From: an uncultured Gammaproteobacteria bacterium
Lineage (GTDB): Bacteria; Pseudomonadota; Gammaproteobacteria; Francisellales; CACEW01
Length of the DNA stretch: 64,000 nt
Assembly (NCBI GenBank): GCA_902563055.1
Contig: CACEWE010000001.1
Span: 52,276 to 116,275, forward strand
Direction: 5' to 3'
The position numbers and the translations under genes are program-made. Below, in pieces: positions 1-10,021 of the stretch (its first letter is position 1; every line of letters starts with the position of its first letter). The notes beneath the pieces are model-generated. The model saw only the letters and a program-made list of their open reading frames with translations, made no database searches and had not been told where the DNA came from.

Positions 1-567
1 CTCTGCAAAAGCATCTCTGGTACCAGAGGTTGGCGGCGGTCCTAAAACTTTAATCTTGGTATGGGGCAGCGCTGAATCAATTTGATCCCAATAGGTATAG
101 GGGTTGGCAATAAGTTTGCCCCCGCTACCATTTTTATCTGCCGGAACTTGTTTGGCTAGGGCGAGAAAAACATCCCGAAGCGATAGCGTGTAATTAAGCT
201 TTTTGTCACTTGAAGCCATCACTATACCATCATACCCCACCTTGAGCTCAATCGGGCTTACGCCATTATCAGTACAAAGCTGCACTTCGCTTTTTTTAAT
301 CGCTCTTGAAGCGCCTGTGATGGATGGTGTATCTAAACCGGCCCCTTTACAAAAAAGCTTCATGCCACCGCCAGTGCCGGTGGATTCCACTTTAATTTCA
401 ACGTTTTGATGGGCTAATTGAAATTGCTCTGCCGCCTTAGCCGTAAAAGGATAGACCGTTGAACTCCCAACAATATCAATCAACTTTGTGTTAGCAGACC
501 CAATAGAAATACTTGTTAGAACACCAAATATACCAAGCAGACTTGGTTTTAAGATGGACCTTTTCAT
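1..567 (-). CDS. pstS: PstS-family phosphate ABC transporter substrate-binding protein (first 189 codons; 3' end runs off the window)
   Basis: Own minus-strand translation from ATG at 567: MKRSILKPSLLGIFGVLTSISIGSANTKLIDIVGSSTVYPFTAKAAEQF...VESTGTGGGMKLF. It has a signal peptide plus GSSTVYPF and STGTGGG motifs typical of the PstS/PBP-like-2 family. The frame is open to position 1, so it has no stop in the window and is absent from the ORF track. Confidence 0.7.
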   Translation of the reverse strand, partial: MKRSILKPSLLGIFGVLTSISIGSANTKLIDIVGSSTVYPFTAKAAEQFQLAHQNVEIKVESTGTGGGMKLFCKGAGLDTPSITGASRAIKKSEVQLCTDNGVSPIELKVGYDGIVMASSDKKLNYTLSLRDVFLALAKQVPADKNGSGGKLIANPYTYWDQIDSALPHTKIKVLGPPPTSGTRDAFAE

Positions 568-657
568 ATACCCCCCAGCAACTAAAATCACCTCCATCAT
601 AGGGGAGTTTCATCTATAGAACAAGGCAGAAACAAGCTTTCTTTTAAAAGAAATCAA

Positions 658-1533
658 TTAATTTAAATCTTCTTTATATATCATACAGATACCTTCCCCG
701 CCATGGGCAAACTCTAACCACACAAAAGGTAAATCTGGATAAGCCTTACTAAGTGCCTCCTGCGCCACACCAACTTCTAGAAACAATACCCCACCGTCTT
801 TTAAACGCGCCTTGGCATGAGCAATAATCTGATGTGCAATAGCCAAACCATCATCCTTTGCACGCAAAGCCATATCTGGCTCGTGTAAATACTCTTTTGG
901 CAAATCTTGCATAAATGCATCACTAACATAGGGTGGATTAGAAATAATCACATCGTATTGCTTATCTTTTTCTAGTGGCTGGTAAAGATCACCTTGGTAT
1001 ATGCAAACTTGATCCTTAACTTGATGTAAGTGAACATTTTTTTGCGCAACGGCATAAGCATCATCAGAAAGCTCTACAGCATCTACCTTCAAATGAGGAA
1101 AATGCTTTGCACAAGCAATAGCTATACAGCCACTGCCGGTGCATAAATCTAGCACATCCGTGCATTTTTCAATATCTAGCCAAGGACTAAAGCCATTGAG
1201 AATCATTTCGGCAAAAGGTGAGCGCGGCACAATCACCCGCTGATCGACATAAAAATAACACTCTGCAAAATAACAGGCATTGAGAATATAACTCATTGGT
1301 AAACGCTCCGCAATGCGCTTTTTAAGTGCAGCATCTATGGCTTTTTCTTGTCCATCAGTAACGGGACTTGTAAGACGCGGATCACTTTGATCAATATCTA
1401 AAGGAAGATCTAATAAATGGCATACTAAAAAACATGCCTCATCCCAAGCATTATCCGTGCCATGGCCATAGTAAAGATCACTTTGATCAAGCGCTTTAAA
1501 ACTTGACTCAATTAAGCTTATTGCCGTATTCAT
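658..1533 (-). CDS. prmB: 50S ribosomal protein L3 glutamine N5-methyltransferase
   Basis: Motifs YYGHGTDNAWDEA, FYVDQRVIVPRSP, SAM loop LDLCTGSGCIAIA and ISNPPYV. Colinear with E. coli PrmB as I remember it. Confidence 0.85.
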   Translation of the reverse strand: MNTAISLIESSFKALDQSDLYYGHGTDNAWDEACFLVCHLLDLPLDIDQSDPRLTSPVTDGQEKAIDAALKKRIAERLPMSYILNACYFAECYFYVDQRVIVPRSPFAEMILNGFSPWLDIEKCTDVLDLCTGSGCIAIACAKHFPHLKVDAVELSDDAYAVAQKNVHLHQVKDQVCIYQGDLYQPLEKDKQYDVIISNPPYVSDAFMQDLPKEYLHEPDMALRAKDDGLAIAHQIIAHAKARLKDGGVLFLEVGVAQEALSKAYPDLPFVWLEFAHGGEGICMIYKEDLN

Positions 1534-1534
1534 A

Positions 1535-2860
1535 TTACTCCTTCTTATAAGAAACCGAACTAATAGATGCTAAATGTTCATAAAACCTCGGACAGGTTTT
1601 TTCAACAACTTGAGCATCTTTTATAGTGATATGCGCCCCAGTAAGCGCCCATAAACTGCAAGCCATAGCAAGACGGTGATCACCACAACTATCAATGCTT
1701 GCTGAAGAGACTGCCCCTGGATAAATACACAGCGCATCCTCAAACTGCTCAACCCTAACCCCAACTGCCTGTAAAGCTGCAACCATTGCATCAATCCGCC
1801 GGGATTCTTGAAACTGAGTATGGGCAATTCCACAGAGCGTCGTTTTGCTTTGTAAAAAAGGCGCTAAAACCGCAAGGGCCATCATTAAATCAGAACAAGT
1901 TCGAAGGTCTAAGTCTAAACCTGGCGCTTGCAGCGTATCACAAGAAATATGATAATAGCCCTCTTGATAGCGAATATCTGCCCCACATAATCGAGCGATC
2001 TCAACTATTCGCTTATCTCCCTGTAAGCTTTTTTGATCAAAAGGACCAAGTTGTAACTGCCCACCAGCAAGCAATGCTGCAACAAAAAAATAACTTGCAC
2101 TAGAGTAATCAGCCTCAACTTGATAAGAGCGCGCCTGGTAACATCCCTTTTGAGCGCTTAAAACTACATCGCCCTGTTCTTGCTTTTGCAGCGTTTCTAT
2201 TCCCCATTGTTGCATTAAAGAGCGCGTCATTTGAATATAAGGTTTTTGCTCTAGATGCGTTTGATTTAAAACCACTTTAAAAGGCCGGTTGGCTAAAGGC
2301 GCAGCCATTAAAAGCGCCGAAGCATACTGGCTAGAGATACCTGTATCAAGCACGATTTTCTCTACGCAAATACCATGCCCCTCAAGCTCCATATAGGGAA
2401 AATTTTCATGAATTTTAGACCCTGTTGCACGCAAAGCATCAAGCAAGCCTTGATGAGGACGTTTAAGAAGTGTTTCCCCTAAATGAAAACGATAATACGC
2501 AGATTCCATACAGGCACATGCAGCAAGCAAAAAACGTAAACAAGTGGCCGATTCATACACCTCTATCGCTTTATCAGGCTCATGTAGACGCCCGGCAAGT
2601 CCACGAATGTGCACCGTGTGGTTATCTGGATCCACATTAACCTCTGCACCTAACTGCGCTATAGCTTGAAGCATGGCCTGGGTATCTTTGCCATCACTTA
2701 AACCTGTTAATATTGATGTGCCCTTTGCAAGTGCCGCTAAAAGCAAGACGCGATTACTGATACTTTTAGAACCGCCAAGCTTTACTCTGCCTTGAATCTG
2801 CTGCGGTTTAATTTGTGTTAAAAGGTGATCCATTGGAATAGACTTGAAATTTTTAAACAT
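1535..2860 (-). CDS. aroA: 3-phosphoshikimate 1-carboxyvinyltransferase (EPSP synthase)
   Basis: KLGGSKSISNRVLLLAALA signature, 441 aa. The true start could be Met10 at 2833. Confidence 0.9.
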   Translation of the reverse strand: MFKNFKSIPMDHLLTQIKPQQIQGRVKLGGSKSISNRVLLLAALAKGTSILTGLSDGKDTQAMLQAIAQLGAEVNVDPDNHTVHIRGLAGRLHEPDKAIEVYESATCLRFLLAACACMESAYYRFHLGETLLKRPHQGLLDALRATGSKIHENFPYMELEGHGICVEKIVLDTGISSQYASALLMAAPLANRPFKVVLNQTHLEQKPYIQMTRSLMQQWGIETLQKQEQGDVVLSAQKGCYQARSYQVEADYSSASYFFVAALLAGGQLQLGPFDQKSLQGDKRIVEIARLCGADIRYQEGYYHISCDTLQAPGLDLDLRTCSDLMMALAVLAPFLQSKTTLCGIAHTQFQESRRIDAMVAALQAVGVRVEQFEDALCIYPGAVSSASIDSCGDHRLAMACSLWALTGAHITIKDAQVVEKTCPRFYEHLASISSVSYKKE

Positions 2861-2977
2861 CTTAGCATATAGAACCCCTTATGCCTATATCGCTTAAGCA
2901 AGCCGCTACGCTATAAAACTATTGCCAAATAAAGGCGTTCACGTACACTGTTTTAAAAATTGCCTTTAATCTATTGT

Positions 2978-3664
2978 ATGGAAACCTTGCTCTCTATCGA
3001 TACCATCGACACCGCCTGCTCTGTAGCACTGTGGCATCAAGGCCAATGCTTTAGCCAAAGCGCCCAAGAAAAGCATCAACACCATAAGCTTGTGCTGCCC
3101 ATGATACAAAACGTATTAAAGCAAGCAGGTATCTCAGCACAGTCCCTTAGTGCTATTAGTATGAACAAAGGACCAGGGAGTTTTGTAGGATCACGTATTA
3201 GTGCTGCTCTTATACAAGGGCTTGCCTATCGCCATCAAATTCCTATTATCTTAATATCCCATTTACAATTACTTGCCTATAAGATCTTTGAAACTGAAGC
3301 TGTGACATCTTGTTATATTGCGCTAGATGCAAAAAGAGAAGCGCTGTACTTTGCCCACTATGAAAAATCTCACAATGCCACACCTAAAACATCCATCGAA
3401 GATCAACTCTTAAGCCTTAGTGCTTTAGAAGACATGTCTTTGGATCCCAACAGCCTCTTTGTAAGTAATATAACACAAGAGGCAAAACTTATGGATTTTG
3501 CAAAAAAACAAAAGCTTGCCCTTAAGCCTTATTATCCACTCTATGCAACAGATCACTATGCAATCGCCCTTGAAGCATACAACAAAGGGCTCCTATCTAA
3601 ACCAAATCAAGCGCTCCCCTGCTATATTAGAGGCGCTGAAATGTGGAAAAAAACCACCAAATGA
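2978..3664 (+). CDS. tsaB: tRNA t6A37 biosynthesis protein TsaB (YeaZ)
   Basis: LSIDT...ACSVAL N-terminus and GPGSFVGSRISAALIQGLA motif. The ATG at 2978 is preferred over the TTG at 2960 used by the ORF track. Confidence 0.8.
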   Translation: METLLSIDTIDTACSVALWHQGQCFSQSAQEKHQHHKLVLPMIQNVLKQAGISAQSLSAISMNKGPGSFVGSRISAALIQGLAYRHQIPIILISHLQLLAYKIFETEAVTSCYIALDAKREALYFAHYEKSHNATPKTSIEDQLLSLSALEDMSLDPNSLFVSNITQEAKLMDFAKKQKLALKPYYPLYATDHYAIALEAYNKGLLSKPNQALPCYIRGAEMWKKTTK

Positions 3665-3800
3665 TCATTTTTTGAACAATTTATGCATAATTATATATTA
3701 TTATTTGTATTCATAAATATGTAAGCTACCATTGCATCGGTAAGCAAAACAAATTTTTTATTTGCTATCAATATAAATTTATTAATAAATGGAGGGAAAC

Positions 3801-4997
3801 ATGAAAAACACACTTATATCAGTTGCATTAACCGCAGCACTTACAACCACCTGCGCATCTAGCGCATTTGCTGGAACACAAGACGATCAAAGTTTTGTTG
3901 GCACTTCTGGCCAAGCAGTTGCTCAAAGTAGCGATTCTAAGCCTGCAAGCTATATCAATGATCATTTCAAATTAGGATCAGAAACGTTATTTAATGTTCA
4001 AAAAACAGATGCCAAGGATAATGACCATACTACCTTAGGCTATAGATCAAGATTATTTCTAAAATATACCACAGATGGCTCTGACATGCTGTATATTAGA
4101 TTACAAGCCAAAGATATGCCAGATGATACAAATGCTGGCTTTGCTGCCGGCTACCCGGTATTTGGTGGCGGTCAGGGAAATAATGATTTTAGTAATGGGC
4201 TTTCAGTAGATAAGATTTTTTACAAATTTGATCTTAATAGCCAAGTAAAAGTAGCCCTTGGTATGCTTGAAGATGAGTATTACGTTGCCAAGCCTTTTAC
4301 TAGCTATGCTCAAGATGCAGTACTGAAAGTTTTTAAATATACCCAATATTATGGATCAACTGGTATGGGCGGTGGTTTGAACTTTGCAATTAATGATAGT
4401 ACTGATTTTAGTACTGGGATAATAGCAGACAAAAAAACTTCCGAACAACCATCAACCCCACTTTCTAATAAATTTTACTCAACTTCACAGCTAAGCATGA
4501 GCCATGGAGACTTTAGTGGCGGATTACGTTACACCTATGCAAAAGGTGGATATACTGCAGGTCAGCAATCTTTTGGTGACTCAGGAGCAAAAGGTGCAGC
4601 AAGTAATTCTAAACATCTTAATGATATTAACCTTGCTGTTAACTATGCCATTAACGATGATCTATCTGCAACTGCTACTTACGGCTATACTGATATGACC
4701 ATGACCGACGATAAGACAGTGAAGTCATCTGGATGGAATATTGGCATACTTGCTAAAAATGTACTAAGTGATGGCGATAAAATGGGTGCAGCTTTTGGTT
4801 CCTTGCACAATATCCATGATAGTGAGAATACATCTTATATTGAACCTGGATACAACCCATACGCTTATGAAGCATGGTATCAAAGAAATATTACCAAAAA
4901 TGTTTATGTTAAGCCATACGTCTTCTATCTCGATAATATGAATTCTACAAATGATAGCAATACAGGTATTGGCCTTTTAACGGGTATTAACTTTTAA
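3801..4997 (+). CDS. putative outer-membrane beta-barrel porin
   Basis: GGAGGG Shine-Dalgarno 4 nt upstream of the ATG at 3801. Signal peptide MKNTLISVALTAALTTTCASSAFA. Alternating aromatic/polar composition, C-terminal Phe (GINF), and a strong terminator downstream. Confidence 0.55.
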   Translation: MKNTLISVALTAALTTTCASSAFAGTQDDQSFVGTSGQAVAQSSDSKPASYINDHFKLGSETLFNVQKTDAKDNDHTTLGYRSRLFLKYTTDGSDMLYIRLQAKDMPDDTNAGFAAGYPVFGGGQGNNDFSNGLSVDKIFYKFDLNSQVKVALGMLEDEYYVAKPFTSYAQDAVLKVFKYTQYYGSTGMGGGLNFAINDSTDFSTGIIADKKTSEQPSTPLSNKFYSTSQLSMSHGDFSGGLRYTYAKGGYTAGQQSFGDSGAKGAASNSKHLNDINLAVNYAINDDLSATATYGYTDMTMTDDKTVKSSGWNIGILAKNVLSDGDKMGAAFGSLHNIHDSENTSYIEPGYNPYAYEAWYQRNITKNVYVKPYVFYLDNMNSTNDSNTGIGLLTGINF

Positions 4998-5014
4998 ACC
5001 TAGCTTTACCTATA

Positions 5015-5042
5015 AAAAGCCTCAGCAATGAGGCTTTTTTTT
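5015..5042 (+). terminator. rho-independent terminator after the porin gene
   Basis: Stem gcctca / tgaggc with loop gcaa, followed by an 8-T run. Confidence 0.8.
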
Positions 5043-5117
5043 ATCTTGGATGAATGATTATATTTATTCCAAGCACATTTTCAGGCATAATAGCAATTTT
5101 ACAAATAAGGGATACCC

Positions 5118-5579
5118 ATGGCAAAAGAACAAGCAAGCACAGAGCAAGAAGCACCACAAGTAACACTTAATATTCAAAAACTCTACATTCAAGATCTTTC
5201 CTTTGAGTCGCCCCATGCCCCAGAAGTATTTATGCAAGAGTGGCAACCTGAGGCTAATATCGAAATCAACACTAATAATGATCAATTAGATGAAAATCTC
5301 TATGAAGTAACACTTCAAGTAACTCTTACTGCTAAAGCTAAAGAACAAACTGCTTTCTTAGTGGAAGTTAAACAAGTTGGGGTTTTTAATATCTCAGGGA
5401 TTGATGTCAGCCAAATGGGCGCCATTTTAGGCAGCTACTGCCCTGGTATCTTATTTCCTTATGCTAGAGAAGCCATTGCGAATCTTATTAGCAAAGGTGG
5501 CTTCCCTGCTATTAACATCGCACCAGTGAATTTTGATGTGCTCTATCAACAAGCACAACAACAAAAAGAAACTACATAG
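5118..5579 (+). CDS. secB: protein-export chaperone SecB
   Basis: LNIQKLYIQDLSFESPHAPEVF matches the SecB N-terminal signature. 153 aa with an acidic/Q-rich tail. Confidence 0.9.
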   Translation: MAKEQASTEQEAPQVTLNIQKLYIQDLSFESPHAPEVFMQEWQPEANIEINTNNDQLDENLYEVTLQVTLTAKAKEQTAFLVEVKQVGVFNISGIDVSQMGAILGSYCPGILFPYAREAIANLISKGGFPAINIAPVNFDVLYQQAQQQKETT

Positions 5580-5599
5580 TAAAGTATTTACGCTTTAAT

Positions 5600-5628
5600 A
5601 AAAAAACCGACCTCTGTCGGTTTTTTTA
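5600..5628. terminator. bidirectional rho-independent terminator (secB side)
   Basis: aaaaaaccgac-ctct-gtcggttttttt: GC stem flanked by an A-run and a T-run. Confidence 0.75.
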
Positions 5629-5663
5629 TACCTGATGTTTCCTTTGTAATTAAAATTGAGCAT

Positions 5664-5690
5664 AAAAAAAACCGGCATAAGCCGGTTTTT
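5664..5690. terminator. bidirectional rho-independent terminator (csp side)
   Basis: aaaaaaaaccggc-ataa-gccggttttt hairpin between the convergent secB and csp genes. Confidence 0.75.
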
Positions 5691-5713
5691 CATATTAAAT
5701 AGTTAAGGAGAAT

Positions 5714-6013
5714 TTACTCTTCCTCAGCCTTAGCTTGTTCCGCTTCTTCTGAAGGAGCTTCAGCTGTCTCTTCTGGAGCAGCTTCGGCCTCAGGTGCGTC
5801 ATTAGCAATAACGCAGACATCTTCAGCAATCGTGCCTTTATCATTTTTAGATACCTTGAAGGAAACTTTATCACCTTCCTCTAGTGTACGATAACCATCG
5901 CTATTGATTGCACTAAAATGTACAAAAACTTCTTGGCCGTCATTTTCTGAACGAATAAAACCAAAACCCTTGCGGCTATTAAACCATTTAACAAATCCAG
6001 TGTGCTTTTCCAT
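5714..6013 (-). CDS. CspA-family cold-shock protein with an acidic C-terminal extension
   Basis: [15 protein letters not shown] (RNP1) and VFVHFSAI (RNP2) motifs, followed by about 30 aa of an A/E/P-rich tail. Confidence 0.85.
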   Translation of the reverse strand: MEKHTGFVKWFNSRKGFGFIRSENDGQEVFVHFSAINSDGYRTLEEGDKVSFKVSKNDKGTIAEDVCVIANDAPEAEAAPEETAEAPSEEAEQAKAEEE

Positions 6014-6109
6014 TACAATATTCCTTAATAAGTGAGTGATGCAAAGCTACTATATCGTATTTTTTATCAATTGCAAAGGGTTGTTACTGTTTTGTACTAA
6101 AAAGTACGC

Positions 6110-6147
6110 AAAAAAAAAGAATAGGCACAATGCACCTATTCTTTTTA
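6110..6147 (-). terminator. rho-independent terminator downstream of pnp
   Basis: 8-bp stem agaatagg / cctattct. On the minus strand it is followed by a 9-T run. Confidence 0.7.
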
Positions 6148-6164
6148 TATAATGCTTGAGTGTA

Positions 6165-8252
6165 TTAAGCAGTTTCAGTAGAAACATCTTTCATCGTAAG
6201 ACGAACCCGTCCCTGACGATCAATTTCTAGAACCTTAACCTTCACCTCTTGATTCATTTCAAGATGATCAGTAACGTTTTCAACACGCTCTTCTTTGATT
6301 TGTGAAATATGCACCAAGCCATCTTTACCAGGTAGTAAATTCACAAAAGCACCAAAGTCGGTAATTCTTACGACTTTTCCTTCGTATATTTTGCCAACTT
6401 CTACTTCAGCAGTGTTCATTTCTACCATCTCAATAGCTTTTTGAGCACTTTCATTATTTTGTGCAAAGATACTCACTGTACCATCATCATCGATATCCAT
6501 ATCTACACCACAATCTTCGGTAATTTGACGGATAGTTGCTCCACCTTTACCAATTACATCACGGATTTTATCCACTGGAACCTTAATGGTAAAGATACGT
6601 GGCGCATGATCACTCATTTCCTGTGGCTTATCAACAACTTGGTTCATAATACCAAGAATATGTAAACGCGCTTCTTTAGCTTGCTCTAAAGCAGCCTGAA
6701 GAATATCTTGGTTTAGACCATCAATTTTAATGTCCATTTGTAATGCTGTAATACCATTTTGTGAACCGGCAACTTTAAAGTCCATATCCCCTAGATGATC
6801 TTCATCACCCAAGATATCAGTTAGAACCGCAAAACGATCACCATCTTTAATAAGACCCATTGCAATACCTGCAACCGGTGCTTTTAATGGTACACCAGCA
6901 TCCATTAAGGCCAAAGATGCACCACAGACCGTAGCTTGCGAGCTTGAACCATTAGATTCAGTTACCTCTGAAACTACACGCAGTGTATATGGAAATTCTT
7001 CTTGTGATGGCATAACGTTTAAAATAGCACGTTTAGCAAGATTACCATGTCCAACCTCACGGCGTTTTGGTGAACCAATCATACCTACTTCACCAACACA
7101 ATATGGAGGGAAGTTATATTGCAACATAAAACCGTCTTTGCCTTCACCATGAATAGAATCAATAATTTGAGCATCACGCGCATTACCAAGTGTTGCTGTT
7201 ACAAGCGCCTGGGTTTCACCTCGGGTGAATAATGCAGAACCATGAACACGTGGAAGAACTCTATTTTCAACAGCAAGTGGACGTACCGTACGCGTATCAC
7301 GACCATCAATACGTAGTTTACCATCTAGAATATTACCTCGAACATGGCTTTTCTCAAGACTAGCAAAACAGCTGAGTAAATCCTTCTCTAATGCTGCATC
7401 TTCTTCTTTTAAACAAGCCTCTAACAAAGCTTTACGGGCTTGTTTTAATTCTACTTGACGCGCTTTCTTTTCTTTATTTTTATAGGCTTGCTCAATGGCT
7501 TTTAAGGATTGTTTTTCTACCATATCTACGGTTTCTTGAGCAATTTGTTTTGCTTCAAAAGCCATAGTTTCTTTACCACAAGCATCAGCCATTGCATTAA
7601 TCGCATTAATCACAACCGCCTGCTCTTGATGTCCATATAAAATAGCGCCAAGCATTTGATCTTCTGTTAATTCTTTAGCACCTGATTCGACCATTAAGAC
7701 TGCATCATCAGACCCTGCAACCATAAGATCTAATTGTGAATCTTCCATTTGCTCAAGCGAAGGGTTTAACAAGTATTCACCATCTTTAAAACCAACACGT
7801 GCTGCAGCAATAGGGCCTGCAAATGGTGCACCTGATAAGGACATTGCCGCAAAACTTGCAATCATCGCAGGAACATCTGGAGACATGTTAGGGTCAAGTG
7901 ATAAAACGTTAACAACCAACTGAACTTCATTGTAAAAGCCTTTTGGAAATAAAGGTCTGATTGAACGATCAATCAAACGACAAATAAGCACTTCCCGGTC
8001 AGAAGGTCTGCCTTCGCGCTTTAAAAAACCACCAGGTATCTTACCAGCAGCATACATTTTTTCACAATAATCAACGCGAAGCGGGAAAAAGTCCACGCCT
8101 TCCGCTGCTTCTTCTTTGGCAACCACGGTTGCTAAAATAACCGTATCGCCACAAGTGAGCCATACTGCTGAGGATGCATGACGTGCCACTTTACCTGTCT
8201 CTAAGGTATAAGTTTGATTGCCATACTCAAAACTTTGTTTGTATATATCCAT
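6165..8252 (-). CDS. pnp: polyribonucleotide nucleotidyltransferase (PNPase)
   Basis: 695 aa with two RNase PH-like halves plus C-terminal KH and S1 domains (GKVVRITDFGAFV). Sits downstream of rpsO. Confidence 0.97.
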   Translation of the reverse strand: MDIYKQSFEYGNQTYTLETGKVARHASSAVWLTCGDTVILATVVAKEEAAEGVDFFPLRVDYCEKMYAAGKIPGGFLKREGRPSDREVLICRLIDRSIRPLFPKGFYNEVQLVVNVLSLDPNMSPDVPAMIASFAAMSLSGAPFAGPIAAARVGFKDGEYLLNPSLEQMEDSQLDLMVAGSDDAVLMVESGAKELTEDQMLGAILYGHQEQAVVINAINAMADACGKETMAFEAKQIAQETVDMVEKQSLKAIEQAYKNKEKKARQVELKQARKALLEACLKEEDAALEKDLLSCFASLEKSHVRGNILDGKLRIDGRDTRTVRPLAVENRVLPRVHGSALFTRGETQALVTATLGNARDAQIIDSIHGEGKDGFMLQYNFPPYCVGEVGMIGSPKRREVGHGNLAKRAILNVMPSQEEFPYTLRVVSEVTESNGSSSQATVCGASLALMDAGVPLKAPVAGIAMGLIKDGDRFAVLTDILGDEDHLGDMDFKVAGSQNGITALQMDIKIDGLNQDILQAALEQAKEARLHILGIMNQVVDKPQEMSDHAPRIFTIKVPVDKIRDVIGKGGATIRQITEDCGVDMDIDDDGTVSIFAQNNESAQKAIEMVEMNTAEVEVGKIYEGKVVRITDFGAFVNLLPGKDGLVHISQIKEERVENVTDHLEMNQEVKVKVLEIDRQGRVRLTMKDVSTETA

Positions 8253-8307
8253 ATTTTTTCCTTTTTGCCCTTTTGGGCTTTAAAAATTTTTAATCTACTT
8301 CTTAAAA

Positions 8308-8577
8308 CTAACGGCGCAAGTTTAAGCGCTTGACGATTTCACGATAACGCTCAAGGTGGTTGTTTTTTAGATAGTTTAATAACTTACGACGTTGCGATAC
8401 CATGCGCAACAAACCTCGTCGAGAATGATGATCATGCTTATGCTCATCAAAGTGAGGAACCAAGTCATTGATTTTATTTGTTAATAATGCAATTTGCACT
8501 TCACTTGATCCTGTGTCGCCTTCGCTTTGTGCAAATGTTTTAATAATTTCTTGTCTTTTTTCTTTTGTAATAGCCAT
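8308..8577 (-). CDS. rpsO: 30S ribosomal protein S15
   Basis: [12 protein letters not shown]...[23 protein letters not shown]. The start is trimmed to the internal Met, giving 89 aa. Confidence 0.95.
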   Translation of the reverse strand: MAITKEKRQEIIKTFAQSEGDTGSSEVQIALLTNKINDLVPHFDEHKHDHHSRRGLLRMVSQRRKLLNYLKNNHLERYREIVKRLNLRR

Positions 8578-8729
8578 AAAATGCTCCTTAGTCTGACAAA
8601 AGCCCATTTATGGTTGAGCCTTTGCGTTTGTTGTTAAAAAGATTTTTCAATTGTTAAAAAATCGCCGTATTTTACCGTATTTTCAATAAAATAACAAGCT
8701 TTTAATGCCTACTAAAGGCAGAGTTTATG

Positions 8730-9665
8730 CTATGCAGCAGGCTTAAGCCACATTCTGCGCACAATTTGCCCCTCTTCTATGCGCAATACGCCTACAAATT
8801 TTTCCTTGTCATATATCCTAAGCCACAAACCATCCACTTGTAATGGCAAGGATACCTGCTTGCCTTGTTTTAAAGCCTCATAATGATGGACATCTAGTAC
8901 CCATTTGGGCATATCCTCAAGCAGCATATCTGGTGCTATGAGAAGATTTTCCAAGGTTTTTTCCTCAAATGCCTGTTCCAGATCCTCAAGCGTATACATA
9001 GCAACATTTAGCCCTCCTAAAGAGTCCGTTCTTCTTAAGGCACTTAAATAGCCATAAGTATCACACAGCGATGCAATTTGTTCGGCAAGCATCCGAATAT
9101 AAGTACCACTTTGACAGCGCACCTGGATTTCCATAGAAGAAAGTAACACGGCCTCATGATCATCATAATGCAAATTTAAAAGATCAATTTCATTAATGAC
9201 TACTTTTTTTGACTTAGGCGTTATTGCAATATTTTCTCTTGCATAACGGTAACGCGCCTGCCCCTTATACTTACAAGCACTATAAGCAGGAATTTCCTGC
9301 TCTATGGTTCCGGTTAAACGCGATAAAATATCTAAACAAGTCTCTTTTTGTACACTTGGTAAAGGACAGGTATCAATAATTGGACTTTCTTTATCTAAAC
9401 TTGCGGTTTTTGCACCAAACTCCACTCTTGCTTGATAGGTTTTCTCCTTGGTATGAAGATAATCAACCATTTTGGTACACCAACCAAAACAAATTACTAA
9501 CACCCCAGTTGCCATCGGGTCCAGCGTTCCTAAAAACCCTACTTTCTGCGGCTGATAATATCGTTTGATTTGCGAAAGCACACGATTAGAGCTTATGCCA
9601 TAAGGTTTATCAATAATCAAATACCCATTAATAATGGACTTGGGCCTCTTAGTCTGTTGACTCAT
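8730..9665 (-). CDS. truB: tRNA pseudouridine-55 synthase
   Basis: NGYLIIDKPYGISS and GTLDPMATGVL catalytic Asp motif. Conserved position after rbfA. Confidence 0.9.
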   Translation of the reverse strand: MSQQTKRPKSIINGYLIIDKPYGISSNRVLSQIKRYYQPQKVGFLGTLDPMATGVLVICFGWCTKMVDYLHTKEKTYQARVEFGAKTASLDKESPIIDTCPLPSVQKETCLDILSRLTGTIEQEIPAYSACKYKGQARYRYARENIAITPKSKKVVINEIDLLNLHYDDHEAVLLSSMEIQVRCQSGTYIRMLAEQIASLCDTYGYLSALRRTDSLGGLNVAMYTLEDLEQAFEEKTLENLLIAPDMLLEDMPKWVLDVHHYEALKQGKQVSLPLQVDGLWLRIYDKEKFVGVLRIEEGQIVRRMWLKPAA

Positions 9666-10020
9666 CCGGATCGCTTACCACCTGATCCATCGCCTTGTTG
9701 ATAAGACTTGTTAAGTGCTCACCACGCGCGAGAGATTGATCATAATGAAACTGCAAATTAGGAACAATACGAAGCTGACACTGTTTGCTAATCACGCGTT
9801 TAAAGAAAGCTTTTGCTTTCTCAAAAGCTTTTAGCGCAGCCTCTTGGGACTTATTTCCACAGGTAAAATAAACCTTAGCATGTGATAAGTCACGACTGAG
9901 CTTAACTGCCGTTATATTGACCTGAGATAATCTAGGATCTTTGATTTCACGTAATAAGGTTTCTGCTAATAGTCGCTGAAGCTGATCCCCTACCTGTAAA
10001 ACACGCTGCGATGATGGCAT
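9649..10020 (-). CDS. rbfA: ribosome-binding factor A
   Basis: 123 aa, with ...VTAVKLSRDLSHAKVYF. Lies between infB and truB. Confidence 0.9.
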   Translation of the reverse strand: MPSSQRVLQVGDQLQRLLAETLLREIKDPRLSQVNITAVKLSRDLSHAKVYFTCGNKSQEAALKAFEKAKAFFKRVISKQCQLRIVPNLQFHYDQSLARGEHLTSLINKAMDQVVSDPDESTD

Positions 10021-10021
10021 A

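Noticed and set aside
8665-8684. 10-bp tandem repeat ccgtatttta/ccgtattttc between truB and rpsO
   Set aside because: It is a single short duplication in an AT-rich promoter region with no further copies noticed. It is likely incidental.
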